Virus record (IMG/VR): IMGVR_UViG_3300035182_001315
Reading direction: 5' to 3' (one strand)
Length of the DNA: 64,000 nucleotides
Origin: a virus
Lineage: Duplodnaviria; Caudoviricetes
The notes below the pieces were generated by a model that did not search any database, was not told where the DNA came from, and worked only from the letters and a program-made list of their open reading frames with translations. Made by a program: the position numbers and the translations under genes. Positions 29,643 to 39,040 of the stretch are shown here, one piece after another (the stretch's first letter is position 1; every line of letters begins with the position of its first letter).

Positions 29643-30479
29643 ATGATTAAAAAAGCGTCCGAAAAGAAACCAAGAGGTAGGAAATCCCTTTCCGCCTCGT
29701 CCGAGACCGTTACAGAAATCAAAAACAAAGCAACCTTACCAGAACTAATCAAATTCGCCCAGCCCTTCAAGTGCAAGACTAAAAACCAGAAGATATTGGC
29801 CCAACTCATTGCTGAGAAGGAAATTATCATCGCTTCTGGAGCTGCCGGTGTGGGTAAAACCTACGTAGCAATCGCTATTGCGCTAGAACTGATTAAGTCC
29901 ACAAACACACCCTTTAACAAAATTATCATATCCAAGCCAGCCGTGGAATCCGAAGAGGAACATGGCTTTTTGCCGGGAGACCAAAGAGAGAAGATGGAAC
30001 CATTCGTGGCATCCATTCTTGATATCATTGACAAGCTTATCGGCAAGGGCAGCAGGTTGGCCTTGGAAGAGGCTGGATACCTCGAAATCATGGCTCTGGC
30101 CTACGTTAGAGGTAAATCCATCGATAACGCCATTTTCATACTTGATGAGGCGCAGAACACATCCCCAAGCCAAATGAAGACGGTTCTAACCCGTATTGGC
30201 TATAACTCCAAGTTTGTAATCACTGGTGACCTTGACCAATCAGATAGGTACCGTCATATCCATGAGAGTGGATTGTATGATGCTATCAAAAAACACAAAA
30301 ATATCCCAGAAATCGGATTTATTGAGTTTGATTTGGAGGATATCGTGAGAAACAAATTGATTAGCAAGATTTTGGAGAACTACAAACAGCCGGAATTTGT
30401 TCAAAAACCAAAGGTTGTTTTGGTTAAACCAGAGAAAAAATTGCCTTGGTGGAAGAAATTTCTTAATTGGCTTCATTAA
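29643..30479 (+). CDS. phoH: PhoH family ATPase
   Basis: GAAGVGKT, LAYVRG, ILDEAQN, TRIG, GDLDQSD, DIVRN. Confidence 0.95.
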   Translation: MIKKASEKKPRGRKSLSASSETVTEIKNKATLPELIKFAQPFKCKTKNQKILAQLIAEKEIIIASGAAGVGKTYVAIAIALELIKSTNTPFNKIIISKPAVESEEEHGFLPGDQREKMEPFVASILDIIDKLIGKGSRLALEEAGYLEIMALAYVRGKSIDNAIFILDEAQNTSPSQMKTVLTRIGYNSKFVITGDLDQSDRYRHIHESGLYDAIKKHKNIPEIGFIEFDLEDIVRNKLISKILENYKQPEFVQKPKVVLVKPEKKLPWWKKFLNWLH

Positions 30480-30505
30480 TTCGGTAAATAACTGAATAGA
30501 AGTAC

Positions 30506-30534
30506 TTTACTTTATCACCAAAAGGAATTATTTT
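30506..30534 (+). promoter_or_regulatory. Host-RNAP-type promoter TTTACT-N17-TATTTT
   Basis: Spacing and position before ATG 30541. Confidence 0.45.
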
Positions 30535-30540
30535 AATTCC

Positions 30541-31143
30541 ATGAGGATAGGTATATCAATTAATGAAGTTTTAAGAAACTTTTTGGGGCAGTTAATCTAC
30601 ACTTACGAAAAGTATATTGGCGAACTCGACATCAATACGTCAGATGTAACGGACTTTGACCTTATAAAGTCATTCCCTTTCGTTACTGAAGCTGAGATGA
30701 AGAGATTCCTTTACGCTGGAGAAGGCTCATTGGAAGTCTTCGGCCACGCTGATGAGATGACAGATGGTCTTATGGGTCACTTCAATCGTTTTGTTTTGGA
30801 TCTGAAGGACGATGGTCATTACGTTGAGCTTACCGGCAAGGAAGCCAACAAAAGCATTCAATCTACTTTTTTCTACTTATCAAAAACAGGTTGCAGAATC
30901 AGCGACATTCGCTTTGTTACAGACAGTACCAAGGAATGGGACGGCCTCGACCTTTTGATTACTGCGAACCCAGACGCACTTAAAAACAAACCCAGCGGCA
31001 AAATCAGCATCAAGATAAACGCACCGTATAACACCGATGCTCCGGCTGATTACGCCTTCGACTCAATCGTTGATTTCATAAAAGATTTCAATCTACGTGA
31101 TGTCGTATTAAATACCAAAATAACAACTTACGAAGAAATTTAA
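30541..31143 (+). CDS. 5'(3')-nucleotidase (NT5C/HAD)-like protein with degenerate catalytic motif
   Basis: MRIGISINEVLRNF resembles HAD motif I; C-terminal INAPYN. Confidence 0.5.
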   Translation: MRIGISINEVLRNFLGQLIYTYEKYIGELDINTSDVTDFDLIKSFPFVTEAEMKRFLYAGEGSLEVFGHADEMTDGLMGHFNRFVLDLKDDGHYVELTGKEANKSIQSTFFYLSKTGCRISDIRFVTDSTKEWDGLDLLITANPDALKNKPSGKISIKINAPYNTDAPADYAFDSIVDFIKDFNLRDVVLNTKITTYEEI

Positions 31144-31147
31144 AACT

Positions 31148-31498
31148 ATGATAGAATTCGGTGACAGCCAGTATTACATCGACCTTGACACCTTGGATAA
31201 ATTGATTACATTAAAAGGTAGCAAGGTTGACGAAGTTACAGTCAAAACAATCACGAACCAAACAACTGGTGTTATAACTGTAGAGAAAGAAGAATTTACA
31301 AGGAAGTCAGAAGAAGGAAAGACCATCGACATGGCCAAGTATGACATGTTAAAATATTTCATTGAACTCTTGGTTGAGGATGAAAGCGTCGATGATGATT
31401 CACTGGGTTCTGAGAGAGCACTAAACAAAGCTTCATTAGCTTATAAGATAGTATTTAACACCCTCTTAAAAGAAAACGTTCTTAAAGAGGCAGAATAA
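31148..31498 (+). CDS. Hypothetical protein
   Basis: ORF in operon. Confidence 0.7.
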   Translation: MIEFGDSQYYIDLDTLDKLITLKGSKVDEVTVKTITNQTTGVITVEKEEFTRKSEEGKTIDMAKYDMLKYFIELLVEDESVDDDSLGSERALNKASLAYKIVFNTLLKENVLKEAE

Positions 31499-31514
31499 AA
31501 AACAAAACACCAAT

Positions 31515-32636
31515 ATGGAAGACAAGCAAACAAAATTGGACCAAGTTAAAGGGTTCATCAAGAATTTAGAGAATAAAGATTTTACGCTTTATTTCTTCAC
31601 GCTCGACACAAAGGGTAATCCTACTGCCGGTATCGCAAACATTTACGAACACGTAAAGGTTTTGAACAGTTTGGGTTACAAAGCCGTTATTCTTCATGAA
31701 AAGAATGACTACAAATTACACGCTGATGAAGCTGGTATGGGTATCGCAGAATGGCTGGGTGCTGAATACGCTGCATTGCCACACAAGGCAATCGAAGGTC
31801 AGAACCTGAATATCAGACCAACTGATTTCATCGTTATTCCAGAAATTTTCTCTACCATCATGGACCAAGTTAAATCTTTCCCATGTCGTAAGATTGTATT
31901 CTGCCAAAGCTATGACTATCTTTTGGAACTCCTTCCAATCGGTAAGAGATGGGATTTGGATTACGGCTTCAGCCATGTTATTACTACAAGTGAAAGACAA
32001 GCTGCTTACGTAAGACAATTGTTCCAGTACTCAAAGACTTACATTACTCCGGTGAGCATTCCTGAGTACTTCAAACCAAGCGTTACACCTAAGGTACCAA
32101 TCGTATCTATCGTTACAAGAAATCCGGGTGATGCTGCTAAGATTGCCAAGGCGTTTTACTTGCAGTACCCAATCTACAAGTGGATTACCTTCAAGGAACT
32201 TAGAGGTCTTTCAAGAGAACAATTTGCTGAAGACTTGGGTAAAAGTTGCTTAGCCGTATGGGTTGATGAAACTGCTGGTTTTGGTACATTCCCACTTGAA
32301 GCATTTGAGTGTGGTACACCTATCATTGGTAGAATCCCTAACATGGTTCCTGATTGGATGGAAACACTTGATGAGAACGGCAATGCTGTTATCAAGAACA
32401 ACGGTGTTTGGACCAACACATCAATCAACATTCCAGAACTTATCGCTACATACCTGAAGGTATGGTTCGAGGATTCAGTTCCAACTGAATTGTTGAACGT
32501 GATGAAAGAATCAGCTGGTAAATATACACCTGCTGCTCAGGCTGCTGCAATCGAAAATGTGTTCGCACAATTGGTTGCTGAAAGAATCGCTGAGCTTAGC
32601 AAACTAATCGAAAACGAAGAAACTGCTACAGCCTAA
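31515..32636 (+). CDS. Glycosyltransferase, GT-B fold
   Basis: AGIANIYEHV; VIPE; ETAGFGTFPLEAFECGTPIIG. Confidence 0.8.
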   Translation: MEDKQTKLDQVKGFIKNLENKDFTLYFFTLDTKGNPTAGIANIYEHVKVLNSLGYKAVILHEKNDYKLHADEAGMGIAEWLGAEYAALPHKAIEGQNLNIRPTDFIVIPEIFSTIMDQVKSFPCRKIVFCQSYDYLLELLPIGKRWDLDYGFSHVITTSERQAAYVRQLFQYSKTYITPVSIPEYFKPSVTPKVPIVSIVTRNPGDAAKIAKAFYLQYPIYKWITFKELRGLSREQFAEDLGKSCLAVWVDETAGFGTFPLEAFECGTPIIGRIPNMVPDWMETLDENGNAVIKNNGVWTNTSINIPELIATYLKVWFEDSVPTELLNVMKESAGKYTPAAQAAAIENVFAQLVAERIAELSKLIENEETATA

Positions 32637-33256
32637 TGGAAACGCTAATTGACATAATAAGAGAATTGGAAGCTGAGCTGTCATCAAGTAACGGTGACTA
32701 CTTAGAAATCAAGGGTATTAAAGAGAGTTATAACCAACGTCTCTTGGCTCAGTCACAATTCAGTGGGGTTACAAGAATCAATTGGCTTGAAACACCTATA
32801 TTCAAATCAGATGATAAGACTGGAATTCCATTGACTTCAATCCAAAATTATTTGGGTGTTGACAAGGTACTTATTCAAGCAGTTGAGGAATTCTCATTTC
32901 ACCCAACAGAAAGCCAAGTGGTTTTCAACGATGAGATTGATGTATTCGGTTTCCGTGTATCATCAAACATCTACGATACTTCAAACTTGGGAAAGGGTGT
33001 TTGGAAATATCCAAAGCTTTATCATCCAGCAACATTTTCAGAACAGGATAAGATTGTTATCAACTACTCCTTTTCTGACATAAAAGAAAATTTTAAATTA
33101 ACTGATGCAGAAACAAAGGCATATATCCAAGCCGTAGTTCTTCCTCAGGTAGCTGAGTTGATTGAGGCTGACGAATCAAATGCGCCACACCAAAATTATA
33201 TCGGCATAAGATGTTCAAAAAGGAGCATCAAAAGCATAAATAAACATTCAAGCTAA
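32636..33256 (+). CDS. Hypothetical protein
   Basis: ORF coupled by TAATG overlap. Confidence 0.65.
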   Translation: METLIDIIRELEAELSSSNGDYLEIKGIKESYNQRLLAQSQFSGVTRINWLETPIFKSDDKTGIPLTSIQNYLGVDKVLIQAVEEFSFHPTESQVVFNDEIDVFGFRVSSNIYDTSNLGKGVWKYPKLYHPATFSEQDKIVINYSFSDIKENFKLTDAETKAYIQAVVLPQVAELIEADESNAPHQNYIGIRCSKRSIKSINKHSS

Positions 33257-33266
33257 AACCATAACC

Positions 33267-34079
33267 ATGGAAAAATCAAACATAACCGTAATTATCCCAG
33301 TACACCAATTACAAACTGAAGGAATAACAGAACTTTTTCAGAACGCTCTTATAAGTGTTCAAATACAAAAGGTATTGCCGGATGAAGTTATTGTTGTAGT
33401 ACCATATGTAAACAATAATGTTTTACATGATGTTAGCGAAATTTTGGACAAACCAGAACTTGCTGCAATCAAAACAATTACAAGAATCGTAGAACACGAT
33501 AAAGGAATGGATTTCGCTTCTCAGGTAAACTACGGCGTATCTCAAGCCAAAACTGAATGGGTAACCATTCTTGAATACGATGACGAACTTGCCAATATCT
33601 GGTTAAAGAACGTTGTTGAATACAGAAAGGCTTTTCCTACAGTAGGATTGTTCATGCCGATTGTTGTTGACGTTGATGCTGCTGGCCAGTTCATCGGATT
33701 CACAAACGAAGCAGTATGGGCCAATAGTTTCTCAGATGAACTGGGTATACTGGACCTTAACGCACTTCTGGTTTACCAGAACTTCAACCTCGATGGTATT
33801 GTTATCAAGAAAGAAATCTACGAAGAGAACGGTGGTATCAAGCCAAGTATCAAGCTTACATTTATCTATGAATTCCTGTTAAGAATGGCGTTCAAGGATG
33901 TTAGAATAATGACCATCCCACGTTTCGGTTACAGGCACGTTAACCAGAGACCAGATTCATTGTTCGCAAGACTAAAAGCTGAAATCGACCCAATTGAAGC
34001 TAAATGGTGGTTGAGCCAAGCTAAGAAAGAATACTATTTTGAAAAGGATAGAAAGCTTTCATACACAACAACGAAATAA
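33267..34079 (+). CDS. Glycosyltransferase GT2
   Basis: ITVIIPVH...VNYGV...TILEYDDE...YEFLLR...YRH. Confidence 0.85.
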   Translation: MEKSNITVIIPVHQLQTEGITELFQNALISVQIQKVLPDEVIVVVPYVNNNVLHDVSEILDKPELAAIKTITRIVEHDKGMDFASQVNYGVSQAKTEWVTILEYDDELANIWLKNVVEYRKAFPTVGLFMPIVVDVDAAGQFIGFTNEAVWANSFSDELGILDLNALLVYQNFNLDGIVIKKEIYEENGGIKPSIKLTFIYEFLLRMAFKDVRIMTIPRFGYRHVNQRPDSLFARLKAEIDPIEAKWWLSQAKKEYYFEKDRKLSYTTTK

Positions 34080-34807
34080 TGGTCAACAAAAGAGGACGCA
34101 AACGTAAAAATGAAATGTACTTTGGTCCCGAAGAAGAGTTGGCTGTTAATCAGTACCTCGCATCTACAGATGATGCAGAAAGAAACTTAATCTATAATCA
34201 ATGGCTACGTGACCCATTGAACAAAATGATAGAGTCGATTATCAGAAGATACAAATTGTATCGTAAGGGTGAAACGTTTGAGGATTTACATAGCGACACC
34301 CTTTCTTTTCTGATGACGAAGGCACACAAGTTTGAGAGTTCAAGAGGCAAAAAAGCTTATTCCTATTACGGAACAATTTGCAAACATTACATCTTAGGAT
34401 TACTTATTAAGGACAAAAAATATACCAAGAACACCGCATCATACGAAGACATATCCTCAGAGCTTGAAGAAAGACAAGAGCTGAGCTATACAATCGACGA
34501 AGATGAGGTGACCATGGAAGCGTTTTTCAAAACCCTTACAAAAAGTATCAGGGAAGAACTCAACGATGAGAACTTTGCCCCGAAGAAAAAGCTCAACGAG
34601 AACGAACGCAAGGTCGGTCAGGCTCTGATAGAAATATTGGAGAACTGGGAGACAGCTTTTGACTCAATGAACGGTGGCCCTAAGTATAACAAGAATTCTG
34701 TACTCGAAACACTGAGGAACTATACTAACCTTTCAACAAAGGATATCAGACTTGCCATGAGGCGATTCAAGGAGCTTTATAAGCTTCTGAAGCGTCATGA
34801 TTTGTAA
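34079..34807 (+). CDS. Phage sigma factor, gp55-like (late transcription)
   Basis: Region-2-like KFESSRGKKAYSYYGTICKHY; EDLHSDTLSFL; located before the structural genes. Confidence 0.65.
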   Translation: MVNKRGRKRKNEMYFGPEEELAVNQYLASTDDAERNLIYNQWLRDPLNKMIESIIRRYKLYRKGETFEDLHSDTLSFLMTKAHKFESSRGKKAYSYYGTICKHYILGLLIKDKKYTKNTASYEDISSELEERQELSYTIDEDEVTMEAFFKTLTKSIREELNDENFAPKKKLNENERKVGQALIEILENWETAFDSMNGGPKYNKNSVLETLRNYTNLSTKDIRLAMRRFKELYKLLKRHDL

Positions 34808-34832
34808 TTTGACGTATAAAAAGCCTTTTCTG

Positions 34833-34842
34833 GATATTTATA
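34833..34842 (+). promoter_or_regulatory. Putative late promoter GATATTTATA
   Basis: Upstream of the HNH gene and baseplate cluster. Confidence 0.65.
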
Positions 34843-34857
34843 TGTAACTAAATTGCG

Positions 34858-35517
34858 ATGGAAACAGAGAAAATTTGTAAAAAATGTGGTCTAACTAAGA
34901 CTATTTCCGATTTCACCAAGTGTAAAGCTTGTGTTGGCGGATACAGAAATTCTTGTAAAGAATGTACCAGAGCATATCATGTTGATTATCAGAAAATTAA
35001 TCCAGAGGTAAAAGAATATCAGGAAAGGTATCGTCAAAAGAATAAAACTAAAAGGAGTGTTTATCAAATAAATTATGCTAAGAGTATCACCGGCTCAGCT
35101 AATAGAAGAGGGTGGTATTTGAAAAATAAACATCTTTTAGAAAAAAAGGAGAATAGACGAAAATATCGCAAGGTGTATAATAAAAATTCTTTATCACTGA
35201 AATGGCGATTACTCCTGAATAATACTTTAAAAAGAATTGGAAAAAAGAAAGAAGGGACAACAATTGAACTATTAGGATACACTGCGATTGATTTAAAACT
35301 ACATTTGGAATCATTATTTACCGAAGGAATGTCTTGGAAAAATTATGGTGAGTGGCATATTGACCATATCATACCAATATCCAAGTTCGACACATCAACA
35401 CCCGTGAATGTGATAAATTCATTGAGTAATTTACAACCTCTTTGGAAAACTACACGGGAAATTAATGATATTAGTTATTTAGGTAATCTGAACAAATCAA
35501 ATAATATTTTAAATTAA
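34858..35517 (+). mobile_element. Free-standing HNH homing endonuclease with N-terminal CxxC...CxxC zinc motif
   Basis: CKKC...CKEC; WHIDHIIP...NLQPLW...NLNKSN; visibly AT-richer than its flanks. Confidence 0.8.
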
Positions 35518-35528
35518 ATTTAAAAATC

Positions 35529-35921
35529 GTGCCACGTAAAAAGAAACAAGAGGTAAAGGTAAACGACTCTGAAAGTCTTCAAGGTCTTATGCAAGAAACC
35601 TACAATGACGCATGTTTACAAATAAATGATACTCAAAGAACTATAAACGAGTTATCAACTGCAACTCCGGCGAATGTCGAAGAAGTAAGTGATATCGCCA
35701 TCATTGTTAGGGAAAAAAGCAACCTTCTTAAAGTGAAGGATTCTGCCATCCGTATCAAGTTGGAAATCGCAAAGCTTCAGAGCGACATCATCAAGAACAG
35801 AGGCAACGTTGAAGAAGCCGTAACGCAAACCAGTAATGGACAGGCAACCTTGGATGACTTCAGTACCGTGAGAGCTATGCTTAAGAAAAATAAGGAAAAC
35901 GAAGATACTGACCTTGGTTAA
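35529..35921 (+). CDS. Hypothetical coiled-coil protein
   Basis: GTG start; heptad pattern. Confidence 0.65.
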   Translation: MPRKKKQEVKVNDSESLQGLMQETYNDACLQINDTQRTINELSTATPANVEEVSDIAIIVREKSNLLKVKDSAIRIKLEIAKLQSDIIKNRGNVEEAVTQTSNGQATLDDFSTVRAMLKKNKENEDTDLG

Positions 35922-35923
35922 TT

Positions 35924-37363
35924 ATGTCAATACTATCACAAAAACAAAAGGTGTTTGGAGACATCGCAGCGTTCAGAACTTTAACCGAAGGACTTCCTTC
36001 CTTAAAGACAAGCTCGTCGTTTCCATCCATCAATAACAACGGTGATAGCATCGCATTCCTTTGTGACCTTATCAAGGCCCTGATTGGATATGATGCCCTT
36101 CAGGAAACCGTGGTTACAACACTTGTTTACTCTCTGAAAGACATCGAAAGAGAAATCAAAAATAGCCTTAAACTTGAATTGAAATCAATCGTTAGTTGTG
36201 GTGTTAACCCATCACTTCCATCATTCATCAAATCAAGTGGCCCCGGCATCAAGGTGCAGGTTCCAAAGGTAGACTTTACAAATCTTATGCTGGTTGACCC
36301 AAGGTCAACTGGCGGTAAGATGCTTTACAATGACCTAACCACAAACCTGCTGGATAGCTCAGACTTTAATACATTCCTTTACCAAACAATTCAAAACAAT
36401 GGTACCATTCAGAGCTGGGGACATACAACAGCCGGTGCTGATATCATAACCGTAAGATTCGATGCTCAGGATATTTCAAACGTAAATCCTAACAATACAC
36501 TTACAATAAAAGCGCATCCAACTTACGATAGCAAAACACTTACTGATTTAAACAACGATTATATCGACAGCATCACTCTTTTCAATACGGAAAATCTTGT
36601 GAACAATGTTATTGATATGGTATTCGGAACAATTTCTACAACACTTGGCAAGTCATTAAAACAACTTACAGCCGAGGCACAAATAAACACCGTTATTGAC
36701 AAGATAGTATCTTCAGATAACAGGGATGTAATCAATGACAGTTATTTCACATTCACACCGGCACAGGTAAATGCTCAGAATCTTCAGGCTGCTTCAAGAC
36801 AAATCGGACAGAAGCCACAGGATACTTCAGCGCAGTTTACTACCAGTGTACCATTCGCCATGCTTTCTGCTTCAAGTGCAAGCATCGCCAGTACAACAAA
36901 TCAACTGGATAAAAGAGATGCGGTTATTTCATCATTGAATACGATAGGTAATCAGGTTGCTTTACCAGCTACCAATCCTGTTGACAATGCTGCAATGAAA
37001 CTTAACTTTATTCAGGAAATCGTAAACAACCTTATCAAAGGAATTGTGAATTCAATTCTAAGTCCAAAGGTTATTACAATATTTTTGATTAATTATAAAA
37101 TTGTATACGGCCCAGCTGCAACTTTTACGGATTCAGTTGACTTCCTAAAAAAGAACAAGAACCTTATACACAATATTACCAAGACCATCAGTACGCTTAT
37201 AATTAAGACGTTACTGACTCTTGCAATGAAACAAATTGCTACTTTGGTTGCGGAAGCCGCTGCCAAGCAGTTAATCGATAAGGCCCAATCAAACCTGACA
37301 CAATTGTTGAGCTTGGTTGGTGTGCCACAGGAAACCCTAAGACTAATACTTGGATTATTATGA
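35924..37363 (+). CDS. Putative baseplate/tail structural protein
   Basis: Late cluster, upstream of gp5-like gene. Confidence 0.5.
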   Translation: MSILSQKQKVFGDIAAFRTLTEGLPSLKTSSSFPSINNNGDSIAFLCDLIKALIGYDALQETVVTTLVYSLKDIEREIKNSLKLELKSIVSCGVNPSLPSFIKSSGPGIKVQVPKVDFTNLMLVDPRSTGGKMLYNDLTTNLLDSSDFNTFLYQTIQNNGTIQSWGHTTAGADIITVRFDAQDISNVNPNNTLTIKAHPTYDSKTLTDLNNDYIDSITLFNTENLVNNVIDMVFGTISTTLGKSLKQLTAEAQINTVIDKIVSSDNRDVINDSYFTFTPAQVNAQNLQAASRQIGQKPQDTSAQFTTSVPFAMLSASSASIASTTNQLDKRDAVISSLNTIGNQVALPATNPVDNAAMKLNFIQEIVNNLIKGIVNSILSPKVITIFLINYKIVYGPAATFTDSVDFLKKNKNLIHNITKTISTLIIKTLLTLAMKQIATLVAEAAAKQLIDKAQSNLTQLLSLVGVPQETLRLILGLL

Positions 37364-37812
37364 GTGATGTAAATACAGGAAAGAAACAGGAAATAGCTAC
37401 TGGTGACAACACCAATCTTAGCTCCATATCCAGTATCTTGGGTGTCATTACAGCAGCATTCAATATACCAAAGGAACCTGTGTCTCCATTGCCGCCACCG
37501 CTTATCCTTACAGGTGCTAACATCAGGCCGGGACTTACCGCCAGCGTTATCGCTTCAAGAATTATAGCAAGGCAATCAGAAGCCGGATTGATTCCCGGTG
37601 ATGTTTATGGCGATGGACCAAACACATCAGAAGCTATGCTTTTGATTATCGTTCAGGAAATAATAAACGCTATCCTGACTGAAGCTAAGATTGAGGTTGT
37701 CGTTCCACCGGGAGTTGCAGTAACAACCGTGGGTGTTGGTAACCTTGGTGCCCCAGTGTTATCACAAGGCGCTACAACCAACCTTGGCGTTGGTAGCGGT
37801 GTTATTCGTTAA
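37360..37812 (+). CDS. Putative baseplate spike-associated protein
   Basis: Pro/Gly/Val-rich C-terminus; context. Confidence 0.45.
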   Translation: MSDVNTGKKQEIATGDNTNLSSISSILGVITAAFNIPKEPVSPLPPPLILTGANIRPGLTASVIASRIIARQSEAGLIPGDVYGDGPNTSEAMLLIIVQEIINAILTEAKIEVVVPPGVAVTTVGVGNLGAPVLSQGATTNLGVGSGVIR

Positions 37813-37822
37813 ACGTTATTTT

Positions 37823-38035
37823 ATGGAAACAACAACAGAAAAAACTCTCAGTGAAGAGGTAAAAGATTTGGAAAACAAATCGAACAATGAGATTCTATTT
37901 GAAATTAAACAAATGGAAGCTGACCACGAAGCCCTTAAGATGAAAATGATTAAGGACTTTGATAAACTTGTCGATATCGAAAAGAGATTCGACAGAGCTA
38001 ACCAAATTTTATTGAAAAGACTTAAGAAAGACTAA
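37823..38035 (+). CDS. Hypothetical coiled-coil protein
   Basis: ATG 37823 (METTTEK...). Confidence 0.65.
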   Translation: METTTEKTLSEEVKDLENKSNNEILFEIKQMEADHEALKMKMIKDFDKLVDIEKRFDRANQILLKRLKKD

Positions 38036-39012
38036 TGTCTGAAAATAAATTCATAACAAATAGACCTACCGTACTGAGTACTGTCGATAACTTGAAATTC
38101 GTCCAGATTGGCGTTGTTGCAAGTGTCGATGACCCAAATGGTTTAGGTCGTATTAAGGTAAAGATACCGGGACCTGCCAACCGTGGCGGTGATGACGGTA
38201 CATTGCTTGAGGATATCCCATGGGCATATCCAATGGTTTCAAAATTCTTTACAGCTCAACCAAAGATTGGTGAAGGCGTTTTTATCCTTGTATTTACAGA
38301 CCAAAAGTCACATAGCGATAGATTATATTTCGGTCCGATAATTTCATCATTGGACAACCTTAATCTGGACCCAGTTAACACAACAGCGTTAACCCCGTTC
38401 ACATTCGCAAACCTTAGCCCAAAAACAAACATTGGCCAGATTCCGGCACTCACCGGAGTCTTCGCCAAGCCAGATGATATCGCTATTCAAGGTCGTTATA
38501 ATACAGACATCCTGCTTAGAAAGAATGAAGTTCTTATCAGAGCCGGTAAGTTTATTGAAGTAAACCCTGATGACAACAACCCATATGGATTCCAGTTCAA
38601 TACAGCCACTCCCGGCTTCTTGCAGATAAGAAATGCGGTGCCTTTGGCCAAGCCAGTGGAGAACGTTACAACCCCAATAGGAAGCGTTGTGAACCTCGTT
38701 GGTAGCAAGGTGAATATCCTTACCCATCAGGACGGAGCCCCACGTTTCAACCTGACTGACCAAGATGAACAAATTACCGACGACGAGATGTTGAATATCC
38801 TTGAAAATGCTCACCAGCTACCTTTCGGCGATATCCTGATTCAATACCTTAGGCTCCTGAAGACAGCCTTCCTGAATCACGTCCATAATGGCAACGGAAG
38901 ACCACCAACAGACCTTGTGGCCGGTGGTGCAGCTCAGAATGTGCTGGCTTTCAAGAAGGCGGCAGAGGACTTGGAAAATCGAATGTTATCCCAAAATGTA
39001 CGAATAAACTAA
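38035..39012 (+). CDS. Baseplate hub/spike protein with gp5/VgrG-type N-terminal OB fold
   Basis: IGVVASVDDPNGLGRIKVKIPG...PWAYP...PKIGEGVFI; C-terminal HVH. Confidence 0.75.
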   Translation: MSENKFITNRPTVLSTVDNLKFVQIGVVASVDDPNGLGRIKVKIPGPANRGGDDGTLLEDIPWAYPMVSKFFTAQPKIGEGVFILVFTDQKSHSDRLYFGPIISSLDNLNLDPVNTTALTPFTFANLSPKTNIGQIPALTGVFAKPDDIAIQGRYNTDILLRKNEVLIRAGKFIEVNPDDNNPYGFQFNTATPGFLQIRNAVPLAKPVENVTTPIGSVVNLVGSKVNILTHQDGAPRFNLTDQDEQITDDEMLNILENAHQLPFGDILIQYLRLLKTAFLNHVHNGNGRPPTDLVAGGAAQNVLAFKKAAEDLENRMLSQNVRIN

Positions 39013-39020
39013 GAGTTTTG

Positions 39021-39030
39021 GATATTTATA
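39021..39030 (+). promoter_or_regulatory. Putative late promoter GATATTTATA
   Basis: 10 nt before ATG 39041. Confidence 0.65.
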
Positions 39031-39040
39031 AAGAAAACAA

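Noticed and set aside
35529-35921. Terminase small subunit assignment
   Set aside because: Only size and coiled-coil character support it; no diagnostic motif and it is far from gp17.
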